From assembly GCA_963674705.1 (NCBI GenBank), contig OY771506.1:480001-544000 (forward strand): DNA of 64,000 nt, read 5' to 3'. Positions 18,864 through 27,941 of this stretch are shown here, piece by piece. The translations under genes were made by a program, and so were the position numbers. Below the pieces are notes generated by a model. The model saw only the letters and a list, made by a program, of their open reading frames with translations. It made no database searches and had not been told where the DNA came from. Source of the stretch: Phycisphaeraceae bacterium. GTDB lineage: Bacteria > Planctomycetota > Phycisphaerae > Phycisphaerales > Phycisphaeraceae. Positions within the stretch are counted from its first letter, which is position 1. Each line of letters starts with the position of its first letter.

Positions 18864-20132
18864 GTGCCAGCGATGCAACGAATCAGCCGGGGCAAGGTCA
18901 TGCGGACTTGGCGATGGGTCTGCTGTGTGTTGGCGGTTGGTTGCCTGGGGTGCCAGGCCGTGCCGGTGGTGGCAGAGATGTCGGATGCGAATGCAGACCT
19001 GATTCTTTATGACGCCGAGGGAATCAGCCGGGTGAAGCAGAAGATCGCGGCCGGGGACGCCGAGTTGCTGGCTATTGTCAAAGATGTGGTCGAGCGAGGC
19101 GATGAGTCTTTAGAGGTTGAGCCGGTGTCGGTGACGGATAAGCCCATGACGCCGCCCAGCGGGGACAAGCACGACTACATGAGCATCGGCTCGTACTGGT
19201 GGCCGAATCCCGATACGCCGGATGGCAAGCCCTACATCCGACGCGACGGCGAATTCAATCCCGAACGTGATAAGTACGATGTGACCAAACTCGACGTCGT
19301 CACAGGAGCGGTGCAAAAGCTGGCGCTGGCGTATGAATTCACGGGAGACGAACGCTATGCCAAACATGCCGTAAAGCACCTGCGTCACTTTTTTATCGAT
19401 CCGCAAACGCGGATGAATCCGAACCTTCAGTACAGCCAGTTCGTTCCGGGTCGAGATGAGGACGGCCGAAAATCCGGCATCATCGAGACGGTGCGGCTGC
19501 GTTTCCTGCCTGATTCGATCACGCTGCTCAAAGATTCGCCGAACATGACCGATGCGGACTTCAAGGCGTTGCAGAAGTGGTTCGCGGATTACGTGCATTG
19601 GCTGCAAACCAGCGAGAACGGGATCGGTGAATCAGAAAGTGAAAACAACCACGGCACATGGTATATGCAGCAGGTCGTGTTGTTTTCGCTGTTTGCCGAC
19701 GATAAAGAAACCGCGCGTGACGTACTCGACAAGGTCCCGGCCCGTATCGCCAGTCAGTACGAGCCGGACGGCAGCCAGCCCTTGGAAAACGAACGCACGC
19801 GCAGCCTGCATTACTGCGACTTCAACAACCGCGCGATGATGGACCTGGCACGCATGGGCGAATCGCTTGGTTACGATTTGTGGAATTACGAATCGGAGGA
19901 TGGCCGGAGTTTGAAGAAGGGTTATGCATTGCTGGTGCCTTACATGACCGGCACGAACAAGACGCCTTGGCCGCACAAGCAGATTGACGAACCGAAGTAT
20001 CACTGGTTTGCCCAGAGTTTGCGATGGGCGGCCAACGGCTTTGACAATTCGGAATACGAAGCGGCGATCGACCTGCTGCCTGATCGGTTCGAGACAAACA
20101 ACTGGATCGAGCTGGTGGTACCGGCTCAGTAA
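18864..20132 (+). CDS. Alginate_lyase-domain protein (PL38-like alginate/glucuronan lyase), secreted
   Basis: PPSGDKHDYMSIGSYWWPNP..DGKPYIRRDG, RMNPNLQYSQ and NNHGTWY motifs; hydrophobic N-terminus; AGGAG RBS before GTG. Confidence 0.88.
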   Translation: MPAMQRISRGKVMRTWRWVCCVLAVGCLGCQAVPVVAEMSDANADLILYDAEGISRVKQKIAAGDAELLAIVKDVVERGDESLEVEPVSVTDKPMTPPSGDKHDYMSIGSYWWPNPDTPDGKPYIRRDGEFNPERDKYDVTKLDVVTGAVQKLALAYEFTGDERYAKHAVKHLRHFFIDPQTRMNPNLQYSQFVPGRDEDGRKSGIIETVRLRFLPDSITLLKDSPNMTDADFKALQKWFADYVHWLQTSENGIGESESENNHGTWYMQQVVLFSLFADDKETARDVLDKVPARIASQYEPDGSQPLENERTRSLHYCDFNNRAMMDLARMGESLGYDLWNYESEDGRSLKKGYALLVPYMTGTNKTPWPHKQIDEPKYHWFAQSLRWAANGFDNSEYEAAIDLLPDRFETNNWIELVVPAQ

Positions 20133-20983
20133 GCCAACTCAAACTCAAACTGTTTGCCGACGTGGCAAGCCTGCCAGCGGTCGGGGAATTGTGACCAGAG
20201 CCAGGCCTTAGGCGTGGGGCCGGTGCAGTGTGCGGGCACGAGCATTTGCACATCAAGCTCGCGTAGCGCCCGGCCTGTCTGTTCGATGCGGTGCTCTGAT
20301 GCGTTGACCAGGTGCATGCCGCCGATGACCGCGTGGATGGGTTGGTTATCTGTCAGGCGGCGTACGTGGTTGAGCGTGTTGATGACGCCGGCGTGGGCGC
20401 AGCCGAGGATGACAACCGTGCCGAGTGGTGTATTAAAGAAGATCGATTGATCGTCGAGGATCGGATCGGGTTGCGTGGCTTCTTTGTCGAGGAAGAACGG
20501 GCCGCCGACGTCTTCGTAATCGGTATCGCGCGGAACGGGGCCGGTGACATGGATGCCATCGGTGATCGAGGTCGGCTTGTCCGTCCAGATCAGCTCATCG
20601 ACGTGCTTTTTGAGCATGGGTTCGTCAATGCCTGACGGGACACCGATATCTTCGACCAGGCCGGTGTCTTTCTTGCGGCCGTAATGCTTGATAAGCGAGG
20701 CGGGATGCAGGTACATCTGTGGTATGCGCATCGCTTGCAGCAAACCCGGCAGGCCTCCGGTGTGATCGTAATGCCCGTGCGATAGCACAACGGCGTCGAG
20801 TTCAGAAAGATGACACTTCAATTGCTCGGCGTTGTGCCGAAGGACTTCGTATCTTTGACCGGTATCGAACAGCACTTTATGCGTATCGGTTTCGATCCAG
20901 TACGACAATCCGTGCTCGGCTAATAAACCGACTTTGTAGGCGGTGTTTTCAATTAATACGGTGATGCGGATGTGGTTTTTCAT
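20126..20983 (-). CDS. MBL-fold metallo-hydrolase
   Basis: AEHGLS, LFDTG, LSHGHYDHTGG, GCAHAG, GGMHL and AHCTG motifs. Confidence 0.9.
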   Translation of the reverse strand: MKNHIRITVLIENTAYKVGLLAEHGLSYWIETDTHKVLFDTGQRYEVLRHNAEQLKCHLSELDAVVLSHGHYDHTGGLPGLLQAMRIPQMYLHPASLIKHYGRKKDTGLVEDIGVPSGIDEPMLKKHVDELIWTDKPTSITDGIHVTGPVPRDTDYEDVGGPFFLDKEATQPDPILDDQSIFFNTPLGTVVILGCAHAGVINTLNHVRRLTDNQPIHAVIGGMHLVNASEHRIEQTGRALRELDVQMLVPAHCTGPTPKAWLWSQFPDRWQACHVGKQFEFELAY

Positions 20984-21028
20984 GGCCTTAGCTTCGACAT
21001 TATGTCCGGGCAGGCCCGGGCTTATTCA

Positions 21029-21481
21029 TTAAATATGCTGATATATGACACGGAGCGGGACACCCAGTTTCTCTTCGGATACCTTCTTTTGATCGGGCTT
21101 CAATAGACCAATATGTGGATTCATGATACTTATCGCAAAGCGGCTGAAACCTTGTTCCCACTCGTAGTGAAGCTCTGCAAGTGTGTGATGCTCTCCACAA
21201 CAGGGCAACAGATAAGTATTCAACATAAACCCATCAGCGTAATCATCACTCATCCGAGATGACCACCATTTTACTTCAAGTTCTGCATGGCATGATGGGC
21301 ATTTAATCCATCCGAAGTTCTCTCCACAATCAAAGAATTCCACCGAGTCGTGTTCGATCAGCTCGATTTCGTCGGCATCAGGAGTGATGTGATTGAGGTA
21401 TTCAATTGCCGCTGCTTTCTGAATTTCATCAGGCAGGTATTGCGGGTCATGCGGGATGAGAATGATCTTGTTATCTGACAT
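21029..21481 (-). CDS. Hypothetical protein with putative Zn-ribbon (CPSC...CC)
   Basis: 150-aa ORF filling the gap between co-oriented genes; DCGEN..IKCPSC and LPCCG; lower GC than neighbours. Confidence 0.7.
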   Translation of the reverse strand: MSDNKIILIPHDPQYLPDEIQKAAAIEYLNHITPDADEIELIEHDSVEFFDCGENFGWIKCPSCHAELEVKWWSSRMSDDYADGFMLNTYLLPCCGEHHTLAELHYEWEQGFSRFAISIMNPHIGLLKPDQKKVSEEKLGVPLRVIYQHI

Positions 21482-21524
21482 TATGATCTGCGCAGCAATT
21501 AGAGTGAATCCATGGGATCTAGGA

Positions 21525-22163
21525 TTAACTACTGACTAGTTTCACCGCTTCCTTCACCAACGCTTCTACCTTATCAAACTCGCCGGCGTTGATGAGTTTG
21601 CGGTCGACCATCCAGCTACCGCCGCAGGCGTGGACGCTGGGGAGGGCCAGGTAGTCGGCGAGGTTTTTGGCGGAGACGCCGCCGGTGGGGATGAATTTGA
21701 CGTTGCTGTAGGGGGCGCTGAGGGCTTTGAGGGTTTTTGTGCCGCCGAAGGCTTCGGCCGGGAAGAATTTGAGGATGTTCAGGCCAAAACCGCAGGCGAG
21801 GTCAATGTCGGTCGGCGTGGCGATCCCCGGCGTGATGGGGATGTTTTGTTCGATGCAGTATTCGACGACGGGCGGGTTGGTGCCGGGGCTGACGATGAAG
21901 GTCGCGCCGGCGCCGATTGCTCGCTTGGCTTGCTCGACGGTGAGTACCGTGCCGGCCCCGACGAGCATGCCTTCCTGCTTGCTCATCAACCTGATCGATT
22001 CCTCGGCAGCGTCCGTGCGGAAAGTCACTTCAGCAACGGGCAACCCCCCACCGATCAGCGCTTCGCCTAACGGCTTCGCGGCGTCCACCGAATCCAACAC
22101 CACCACCGGCACAAGCTTGTGTCGACCTAGCGCTTCCAACACATTCACTGATCCGTCGGACAT
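21525..22163 (-). CDS. eda: KDPG/KHG aldolase
   Basis: EVTFRT, GAGTVL, FIVSPG, PGIATPTD, LKFFPAE and PTGGV motifs. Confidence 0.95.
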   Translation of the reverse strand: MSDGSVNVLEALGRHKLVPVVVLDSVDAAKPLGEALIGGGLPVAEVTFRTDAAEESIRLMSKQEGMLVGAGTVLTVEQAKRAIGAGATFIVSPGTNPPVVEYCIEQNIPITPGIATPTDIDLACGFGLNILKFFPAEAFGGTKTLKALSAPYSNVKFIPTGGVSAKNLADYLALPSVHACGGSWMVDRKLINAGEFDKVEALVKEAVKLVSS

Positions 22164-22216
22164 TATCTTTGCCTTTCATTACTCATGACGAATAATCAAC
22201 CAAAATCATAGGAGTA

Positions 22217-22373
22217 GCCACGAAAAGGCACAAAACACACAAAAGGATGCGTGTTAGAAGCACAGTTCACGCGAGTTGTGATTGATTGATACTTCATATT
22301 TTGTGTCTTCTGTGCCTTTTGGTGGCAAACCTCTTCTTAATATTATTTGCGTCCATTAGCGTTCATTTGCGGC
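22217..22373. repeat. Short-period inverted repeat element plus decamer tract
   Basis: GCCACGAAAAGGCACAAAACACACAAAA (22217-22244) is inverted against TTTTGTGTCTTCTGTGCCTTTTGGTGGC (22299-22326); then ATTTGCGTCC ATTAGCGTTC ATTTGCGGC (22345-22373). Confidence 0.7.
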
Positions 22374-22385
22374 GAAATAACGCAT

Positions 22386-23174
22386 TCATAACCGTGGCAT
22401 CGTCAGTCCGCCGTCTACCATCAGCAAACTGCCGGTAGCATAACTGAGTTCGCCGCGTGCTAATACAGCTACCGCTCTGCCGACATCTTCGGGTGTGCCC
22501 CAACGCGAGTCGACGGTTAAGCCTTCAGCGATCAGCTTGTCGTATTTTTCGATGACGCCGGCGGTCATGTCGGTCTTGATGATGCCGGGGCGTACCTCGT
22601 AGACACTGACGCCGAACTCGGCCATGCGTGCAGCCCAGAGTTGGGTTGCCATCGCGATGCCCGCCTTGCTGATGCAGTAGTCGCCGCGGTTGACCGAGAC
22701 GACCGTCGCACTGATCGACGAGACATTGACGATCGATCCCCGAAAGCTGTTATCCGCGCGGTATTGCTCGGCCATCCAGTTGGCGACGAGTTGCGTCAGG
22801 AAGTACGGCCCTTTGAGGTTGATACTGATCAGGCGGTCGAAGCTCTCTTCACTTGCATCAAGGATGTCGGCCCGTTCGTTCGGCGCAACGCCGGCGTTGT
22901 TGACAAGCACATCCAGTCGGCCGAAGTGGCTGCGGATATCGTCGACCATCTGCTTGCGACCGGCGCTGTCGGCGACGTCGGCGCGGCAGTACAAAACGTC
23001 GGCGCCGATAGCGCGGAGTGCGTTGAGTGGTTCTGCGACATCGGCTTCTTCGCGTCGGCCGTTGACGGCGAGGTTGAAGCCGTCCTCGGCAAGGCGTTTG
23101 GAGATACCGAAGCCGATCCCGCGCGTTCCGCCGGTGACGAGTGCGACAGGTTTGGTGTTTTTCTGCTCGCTCAT
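22386..23174 (-). CDS. SDR-family oxidoreductase
   Basis: TGGTRGIG, NNAG, YCISK (YxxxK) and PGIIKTDM motifs. Confidence 0.92.
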   Translation of the reverse strand: MSEQKNTKPVALVTGGTRGIGFGISKRLAEDGFNLAVNGRREEADVAEPLNALRAIGADVLYCRADVADSAGRKQMVDDIRSHFGRLDVLVNNAGVAPNERADILDASEESFDRLISINLKGPYFLTQLVANWMAEQYRADNSFRGSIVNVSSISATVVSVNRGDYCISKAGIAMATQLWAARMAEFGVSVYEVRPGIIKTDMTAGVIEKYDKLIAEGLTVDSRWGTPEDVGRAVAVLARGELSYATGSLLMVDGGLTMPRL

Positions 23175-23193
23175 CGCGTGCTCCGTTTATCGA

Positions 23194-24603
23194 TCAAAGA
23201 AAGAACTTCAGGTAAGGGCCTTTGCCGGCCATGCGGTGGATCAGCAGGGCCAGTTCGAGCAGGTGATAATCGCCCCACAGGCTGGACTCGCTGTGCGAAA
23301 CCTTCGAGCCCTTGGGCACGTGGTCCCAATGGTTGGGCCAGTGGTAGATCGAATGCAGCAGCAGGCCTTGATGGTCGCGCTTCGTTGACAGGTACGGCTC
23401 ATCGAACAGTGTGCTGGCGACAGTGAGACCCGCCTGGTAATACGGCTTGCCTTTGCCGGTCTTGCCGAGGTAGTTGCCAAGACGGATCAATCCTTGGGCG
23501 GCGATCGCAGAGGCGGAAGCGTCGACGGGTTCGTAGTCGTTATAAGGATTGGCGTTCTTAGCTTGCCAATCGCCCAGCTTGTGCAATCCGGGTGCGCCGT
23601 CGTCCCAGTAGGTGATGCCGTCGAGCGTGGAGACGTCTTTGATGTAGTGGTCGCAGGTGTCTTTGGCGTTGCGTACGTAGACTTTGATGATGTCGGGCTT
23701 CGCTAAGCCGCAAGCGGCTTTGAAGGCTGGGGCGGGGATGGTTTTGAAGAATTCGAGTTCTTCCGCGTAACCGAGCATGGCCCAGGCTAGGCCGCGCGTC
23801 CAGGTGCTGAACGGGCTGTAGCCTTGTTGTGTTGACCGGGCGCGGAAAGCGCCGTCGTTGCGGTTGAACGTGCCTTCGTGTGCGGTACGGCCTCGCACAT
23901 CATAAGTATGTTCGCTGTCACCATGAAAAACTATGTATTGACTGGTAGTCAGGCCGTGGAGGACTGATCGCTTCAGAAGATTCGCGGAGCGGTCACCCTC
24001 GTGCATCAGGTTGTGGCCGAGTTGCCAGGCGACACCGAGGATGCGTGTCGTTCGCATGGTATCGATGAACAGCGAGTGCGGGCCGTTGAATGAGTAGATG
24101 TAGCCAAGCGCGGGTGAATTGGCGGAGTGTTTGGACTTCACCTGTGCGGTGCCGGACCATCGTGCGGCCTGGACCGCGCCGGAGGCAGCGATGGCGTTGG
24201 CGTAGACGACTTCTTCCCAGTCATCCCCGGATGGCTTCATACGTTTTTCCTTTAAGAGGCGCAGCAGGTTGCCGTAGGTCGAGAGGTTGTTGAAGCCGTG
24301 ATCGTGCACACCTGTGTGTGTGACGTGCGGAAGCATGTTTTCGATCGTGCGTTTTTTACCGAGCTGGATGAGCTTGTCATCATCAAGCCCGTCACCGGCA
24401 AGGATCATGCAGCCGTACTGGAAGCCCTGGGTCCACTCGGTCCATCCGCGTGTGGCGTATTTGCCTTCGACGGTGAAGACGGGGGTTCCCTTGGCCGGGT
24501 CCCAGGTTTTATCGATCGCGCGGGCTTTGCAAGCGGCGAGTTCGAAGACGCGCCGGGTTTTGGTTTGCAGCGAGGCGGGCTTGAGTGTGTTGTCGATCTT
24601 CAT
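23194..24603 (-). CDS. GH88-like unsaturated glucuronyl hydrolase
   Basis: WTQGF, HDHGF, IDTM, QGYS..STWTRGLAWA, DASASAIAA and WGDY motifs. Confidence 0.82.
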   Translation of the reverse strand: MKIDNTLKPASLQTKTRRVFELAACKARAIDKTWDPAKGTPVFTVEGKYATRGWTEWTQGFQYGCMILAGDGLDDDKLIQLGKKRTIENMLPHVTHTGVHDHGFNNLSTYGNLLRLLKEKRMKPSGDDWEEVVYANAIAASGAVQAARWSGTAQVKSKHSANSPALGYIYSFNGPHSLFIDTMRTTRILGVAWQLGHNLMHEGDRSANLLKRSVLHGLTTSQYIVFHGDSEHTYDVRGRTAHEGTFNRNDGAFRARSTQQGYSPFSTWTRGLAWAMLGYAEELEFFKTIPAPAFKAACGLAKPDIIKVYVRNAKDTCDHYIKDVSTLDGITYWDDGAPGLHKLGDWQAKNANPYNDYEPVDASASAIAAQGLIRLGNYLGKTGKGKPYYQAGLTVASTLFDEPYLSTKRDHQGLLLHSIYHWPNHWDHVPKGSKVSHSESSLWGDYHLLELALLIHRMAGKGPYLKFFL

Positions 24604-24688
24604 GGGGTTTAGCTTTGATGTTTAATGTTTGATGTTGAGTGTTCAATCTGGCATCGTGGGCGCGATCGTATGGATTATTGTGTGCTCG

Positions 24689-24731
24689 AAGATACCCGGA
24701 CCTTCGCTTCGCTCAGGACCGGCGTTGGGAA
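24689..24731 (-). repeat. Dispersed 43-bp REP-like repeat, copy 2
   Basis: Reverse complement is 40/43 identical to 143-185; flanked by two heptamer tracts. Confidence 0.8.
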
Positions 24732-24868
24732 GTAGAGCCATTAGCCCTTAGCTGTTAGCCATTAGCAATACAATCACCCGATACCCCACACAAAGTGTGC
24801 CAGAAGTAGGGGCTGAATACAAGCGCCGGATGTATTGAATCAGTGTCTATTTTGGCTAAGATGGGGTT

Positions 24869-25759
24869 ATGTCCAGCCAGCCGCCCCAGGTTGATCGCCC
24901 CGCCGCAGACGAAGTCGCTGTAGGCGATCTGTGTGCGAAGCTGTTCAGTGAACCGGCCCGCCTGGATCAGGCGGTGACGCATGCGATCGATCATCGGCTG
25001 TACATCGGGCCGCACGCCCATAAGGACCTGTTGCAACTGGACCTGATCAGCGGCTGCGAGGGTAGTTGCCTTATCGAGGGGCAGTGGCAGCGGATCAGCG
25101 GGTTGACGGCGATGACGACGTACCCGGGCGTGGAACATGGCTATGAACTGGTGCCGCACGATGCCGGGGCGCGTGTATTTAACATCCGCATGCGCGTCCG
25201 TCCGAACTGGCCGGCCATCAGCAATCAGACGCTGCAGTCTTGGACGACATCGCTGGACCCCGGGCGGGGTTTGATCCCGGTGATGCGTTTATTGACGGAA
25301 AACGGCACGTTAGGCGGGTCCAGACCCGCATTGGTGACATCGCATCTGGCGGAGGCGATCTGTCTTTGGCCGCGCACGAGCCAGGGGCCCGGGGACATGC
25401 CGCCGGGCTTTTCGATCGCGTCGATCCGGGACAAAGACCACGAACTTGCCGACGCGATCTCGCGGATCCATGGCGATGCGAGCAAGCCTCCGACGCTGGA
25501 TGAACTGGCGGAAGTCTCGCATATGTCACCGCGTCATTTTGCCCGGCGGTTCGAGACGCTGCTGGGCTGCACACCCCACGCCTACATCACCGCCAGGCGG
25601 TTCGCCCGGGCCCGGGAGCTACTGCTGCAGCAGCAACTTAAGACCAACCAGATCGCCGAGATGCTGGGTTTCAGCTCGCCTGCCACGTTCAGCCGGTGGT
25701 TCAGCCAGCACGCCGGGACCAGCCCCCGCCGCTATCGGCAGGACCCGCATGTGATGTAG
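24869..25759 (+). CDS. AraC-family transcriptional regulator
   Basis: C-terminal double HTH: TLDELAEVSHMSPRHFARRF...IAEMLGFSSPATFSRWF...GTSPRRYR. Confidence 0.9.
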   Translation: MSSQPPQVDRPAADEVAVGDLCAKLFSEPARLDQAVTHAIDHRLYIGPHAHKDLLQLDLISGCEGSCLIEGQWQRISGLTAMTTYPGVEHGYELVPHDAGARVFNIRMRVRPNWPAISNQTLQSWTTSLDPGRGLIPVMRLLTENGTLGGSRPALVTSHLAEAICLWPRTSQGPGDMPPGFSIASIRDKDHELADAISRIHGDASKPPTLDELAEVSHMSPRHFARRFETLLGCTPHAYITARRFARARELLLQQQLKTNQIAEMLGFSSPATFSRWFSQHAGTSPRRYRQDPHVM

Positions 25760-25904
25760 GCAAGACCCCTTTATTTGTCCACATTTGCAAAGAATCTGGT
25801 CCCCAATCGGGAAGGAAAACCGCCCGGAGTTAGGATACATTACCAAGCATCAGGGAACGTCCCCCCCTCACCAACCACGAAACACCAGCCACCGAACAAG
25901 CACC

Positions 25905-27077
25905 ATGAAAGAAACACGACGAATCGGCATCGTGATGAACGGCGTCACCGGACGCATGGGCACGAACCAGCACCTGATCCGCTCGGTCCTCGCGATCATC
26001 AAGCAGGGTGGCGTGAAGGTCAGCGATGACCTGACGCTCATGCCCGACCCGGTTCTGACAGGACGCAACGAGAACAAACTCAAAGCGTTGGCTAATGCGT
26101 ATGGGCCCGGAGTGATTGGCGAGCCGTTGAAGTGGACGACGGACGTCGAGGGCGCAGTCAATGATAAGAGCTGCGATATGTTCTTCGATGCGTCGGGCAC
26201 GTTGCAGCGTGCGAAGTTCGTGGAGATGGCAGCCAAGGCGGGCAAGCCGGTGTACTGCGAGAAGCCCACAGCGGTGACGACCGAAGAAGCGCTTCGGCTT
26301 GCCAAGCTCTGTGAAGATGCGGGGATCAAGAACGGTGTCGTGCAGGACAAACTATGGCTGCCGGGCCTGCGTAAGCTCAGAATGCTGCGCGATCGTGGAT
26401 TCTTCGGCAAGATCCTGTCGGTGCGCGGCAACTTCGGGTACTGGGTTTTCTCCGGACACATCGAAGATCAGCCTGCCCAGCGTCCAAGTTGGAACTATCG
26501 CGAGGAAGACGGCGGCGGGATCATGATCGATATGTTCTGCCACTGGGAGTATGTGATAAACAACCTGTTCGGGCCGATCGGTTCGCTGGTCGCGCTGGGT
26601 AATACCGACTTGCCTGAACGCATAAACGAGCAAGGTAAGCCATATAAGTGCACGGCCGACGACTCGGCTTACGCGATCTTCCAATTGAAGAACGGCATCA
26701 TCTGCCAGTTCAACAGCTCGTGGGTCACGCGTGTCCGTCGGGACGACCTGCTGACGATCCAGGTTGACGGCTCGCATGGTTCGGCGGTCGCGGGTTTGCG
26801 TGAATGCTGGGTGCAGAGCGGCGCGTACACACCAAGGCCCGTGTGGAACCCGGACATCCCGCAGCCGATCGACTTCTACGACGGTTGGCAGCAGGTGCCC
26901 AACAACACGGACTATGACAACGCATTCAAAGCCCAGTGGGAATTGTTCCTGCGGCACGTCGCGCTGGATGAGCCGTTCATCTGGACGCTGCGCAAGGGCG
27001 CGGCCGGCGTGCAGTTGGCGGAGCTGGGTATGAAGTCGTGGAAAGATAAGCAGTGGGTGGATGTGCCTGCGCTGTAA
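25905..27077 (+). CDS. Gfo/Idh/MocA oxidoreductase
   Basis: IVMNGVTGRMG, YCEKP, VQDKL and GGGIMIDMFCHW motifs. Confidence 0.9.
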   Translation: MKETRRIGIVMNGVTGRMGTNQHLIRSVLAIIKQGGVKVSDDLTLMPDPVLTGRNENKLKALANAYGPGVIGEPLKWTTDVEGAVNDKSCDMFFDASGTLQRAKFVEMAAKAGKPVYCEKPTAVTTEEALRLAKLCEDAGIKNGVVQDKLWLPGLRKLRMLRDRGFFGKILSVRGNFGYWVFSGHIEDQPAQRPSWNYREEDGGGIMIDMFCHWEYVINNLFGPIGSLVALGNTDLPERINEQGKPYKCTADDSAYAIFQLKNGIICQFNSSWVTRVRRDDLLTIQVDGSHGSAVAGLRECWVQSGAYTPRPVWNPDIPQPIDFYDGWQQVPNNTDYDNAFKAQWELFLRHVALDEPFIWTLRKGAAGVQLAELGMKSWKDKQWVDVPAL

Positions 27078-27101
27078 AACAACCAACCACAGAGAAAATC
27101 G

Positions 27102-27926
27102 ATGTCTCAATATCTTTCCCAACTCGCGATACACACGATGACGCATCGGCCGTGGACGCTTCGGCAGTGCGTGGACGCATTTATCAAGGCGGGTATCGGG
27201 GGGATCAGCGTCTGGCGTAACGTGATCGAGCCGGTCGGGATGCAGGAAGCCGGCGCGATCATTAAAGGCAGCGGATTGAAGGTGCCGGCACTAGTGCGCG
27301 GTGGATTTTTCCCGGCGGTTGATGCGAAAGATCGTCAGAATGTGGTCGACGAGAATCGCGTATGTATTGATGAAGCGGCGGCGATCGGCGCGGAGATGGT
27401 TGTGCTGGTGGTTGGCGCGGTGCCCGGGATGCCGATGGACGAGGCGCGCAAACATGTGGCGGACGGGATCGGGGCGGTGCTACCGCATGCGTTAGACCGT
27501 GGCGTGAAATTGGCGATCGAGCCGCTGCACCCGATGTATGCGGCCGACCGTTCGTGCATTAACCGGATGCGTGAAGCGCGTGAGATTTGTGAGAAACTTA
27601 AGAGCCGTATGCTCGGGATCGCGGTGGATGTTTACCACGTCTGGTGGGACCCTGACCTGAAGCAGGAGATCGAACTAGCGGGCAAGCAGCACACATTATT
27701 CGGCTATCACATCTGCGATTGGCGTATCACCTTGCGCGACATGCTCAACGACCGCGCGCTGATGGGCGATGGTTGCATCGATATCCCGACGATCAGCAAG
27801 TGGGTGCGTGATACCGGTTTCAACGGGCTTGATGAGGTCGAAGTCTTTTCGGACGAGTACTGGGCGATGGATCAGCGGGAATACCTCGACCTGATCATCG
27901 AGCGGTATCAAACATTGGATGCATGA
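27102..27926 (+). CDS. Sugar phosphate isomerase/epimerase (TIM barrel)
   Basis: LAIEPLHP, DVYHVWWD, HICDW, DRALMGDGCID and EVEVFS motifs. Confidence 0.88.
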   Translation: MSQYLSQLAIHTMTHRPWTLRQCVDAFIKAGIGGISVWRNVIEPVGMQEAGAIIKGSGLKVPALVRGGFFPAVDAKDRQNVVDENRVCIDEAAAIGAEMVVLVVGAVPGMPMDEARKHVADGIGAVLPHALDRGVKLAIEPLHPMYAADRSCINRMREAREICEKLKSRMLGIAVDVYHVWWDPDLKQEIELAGKQHTLFGYHICDWRITLRDMLNDRALMGDGCIDIPTISKWVRDTGFNGLDEVEVFSDEYWAMDQREYLDLIIERYQTLDA

Positions 27927-27941
27927 ACGGACCGCAACGAC

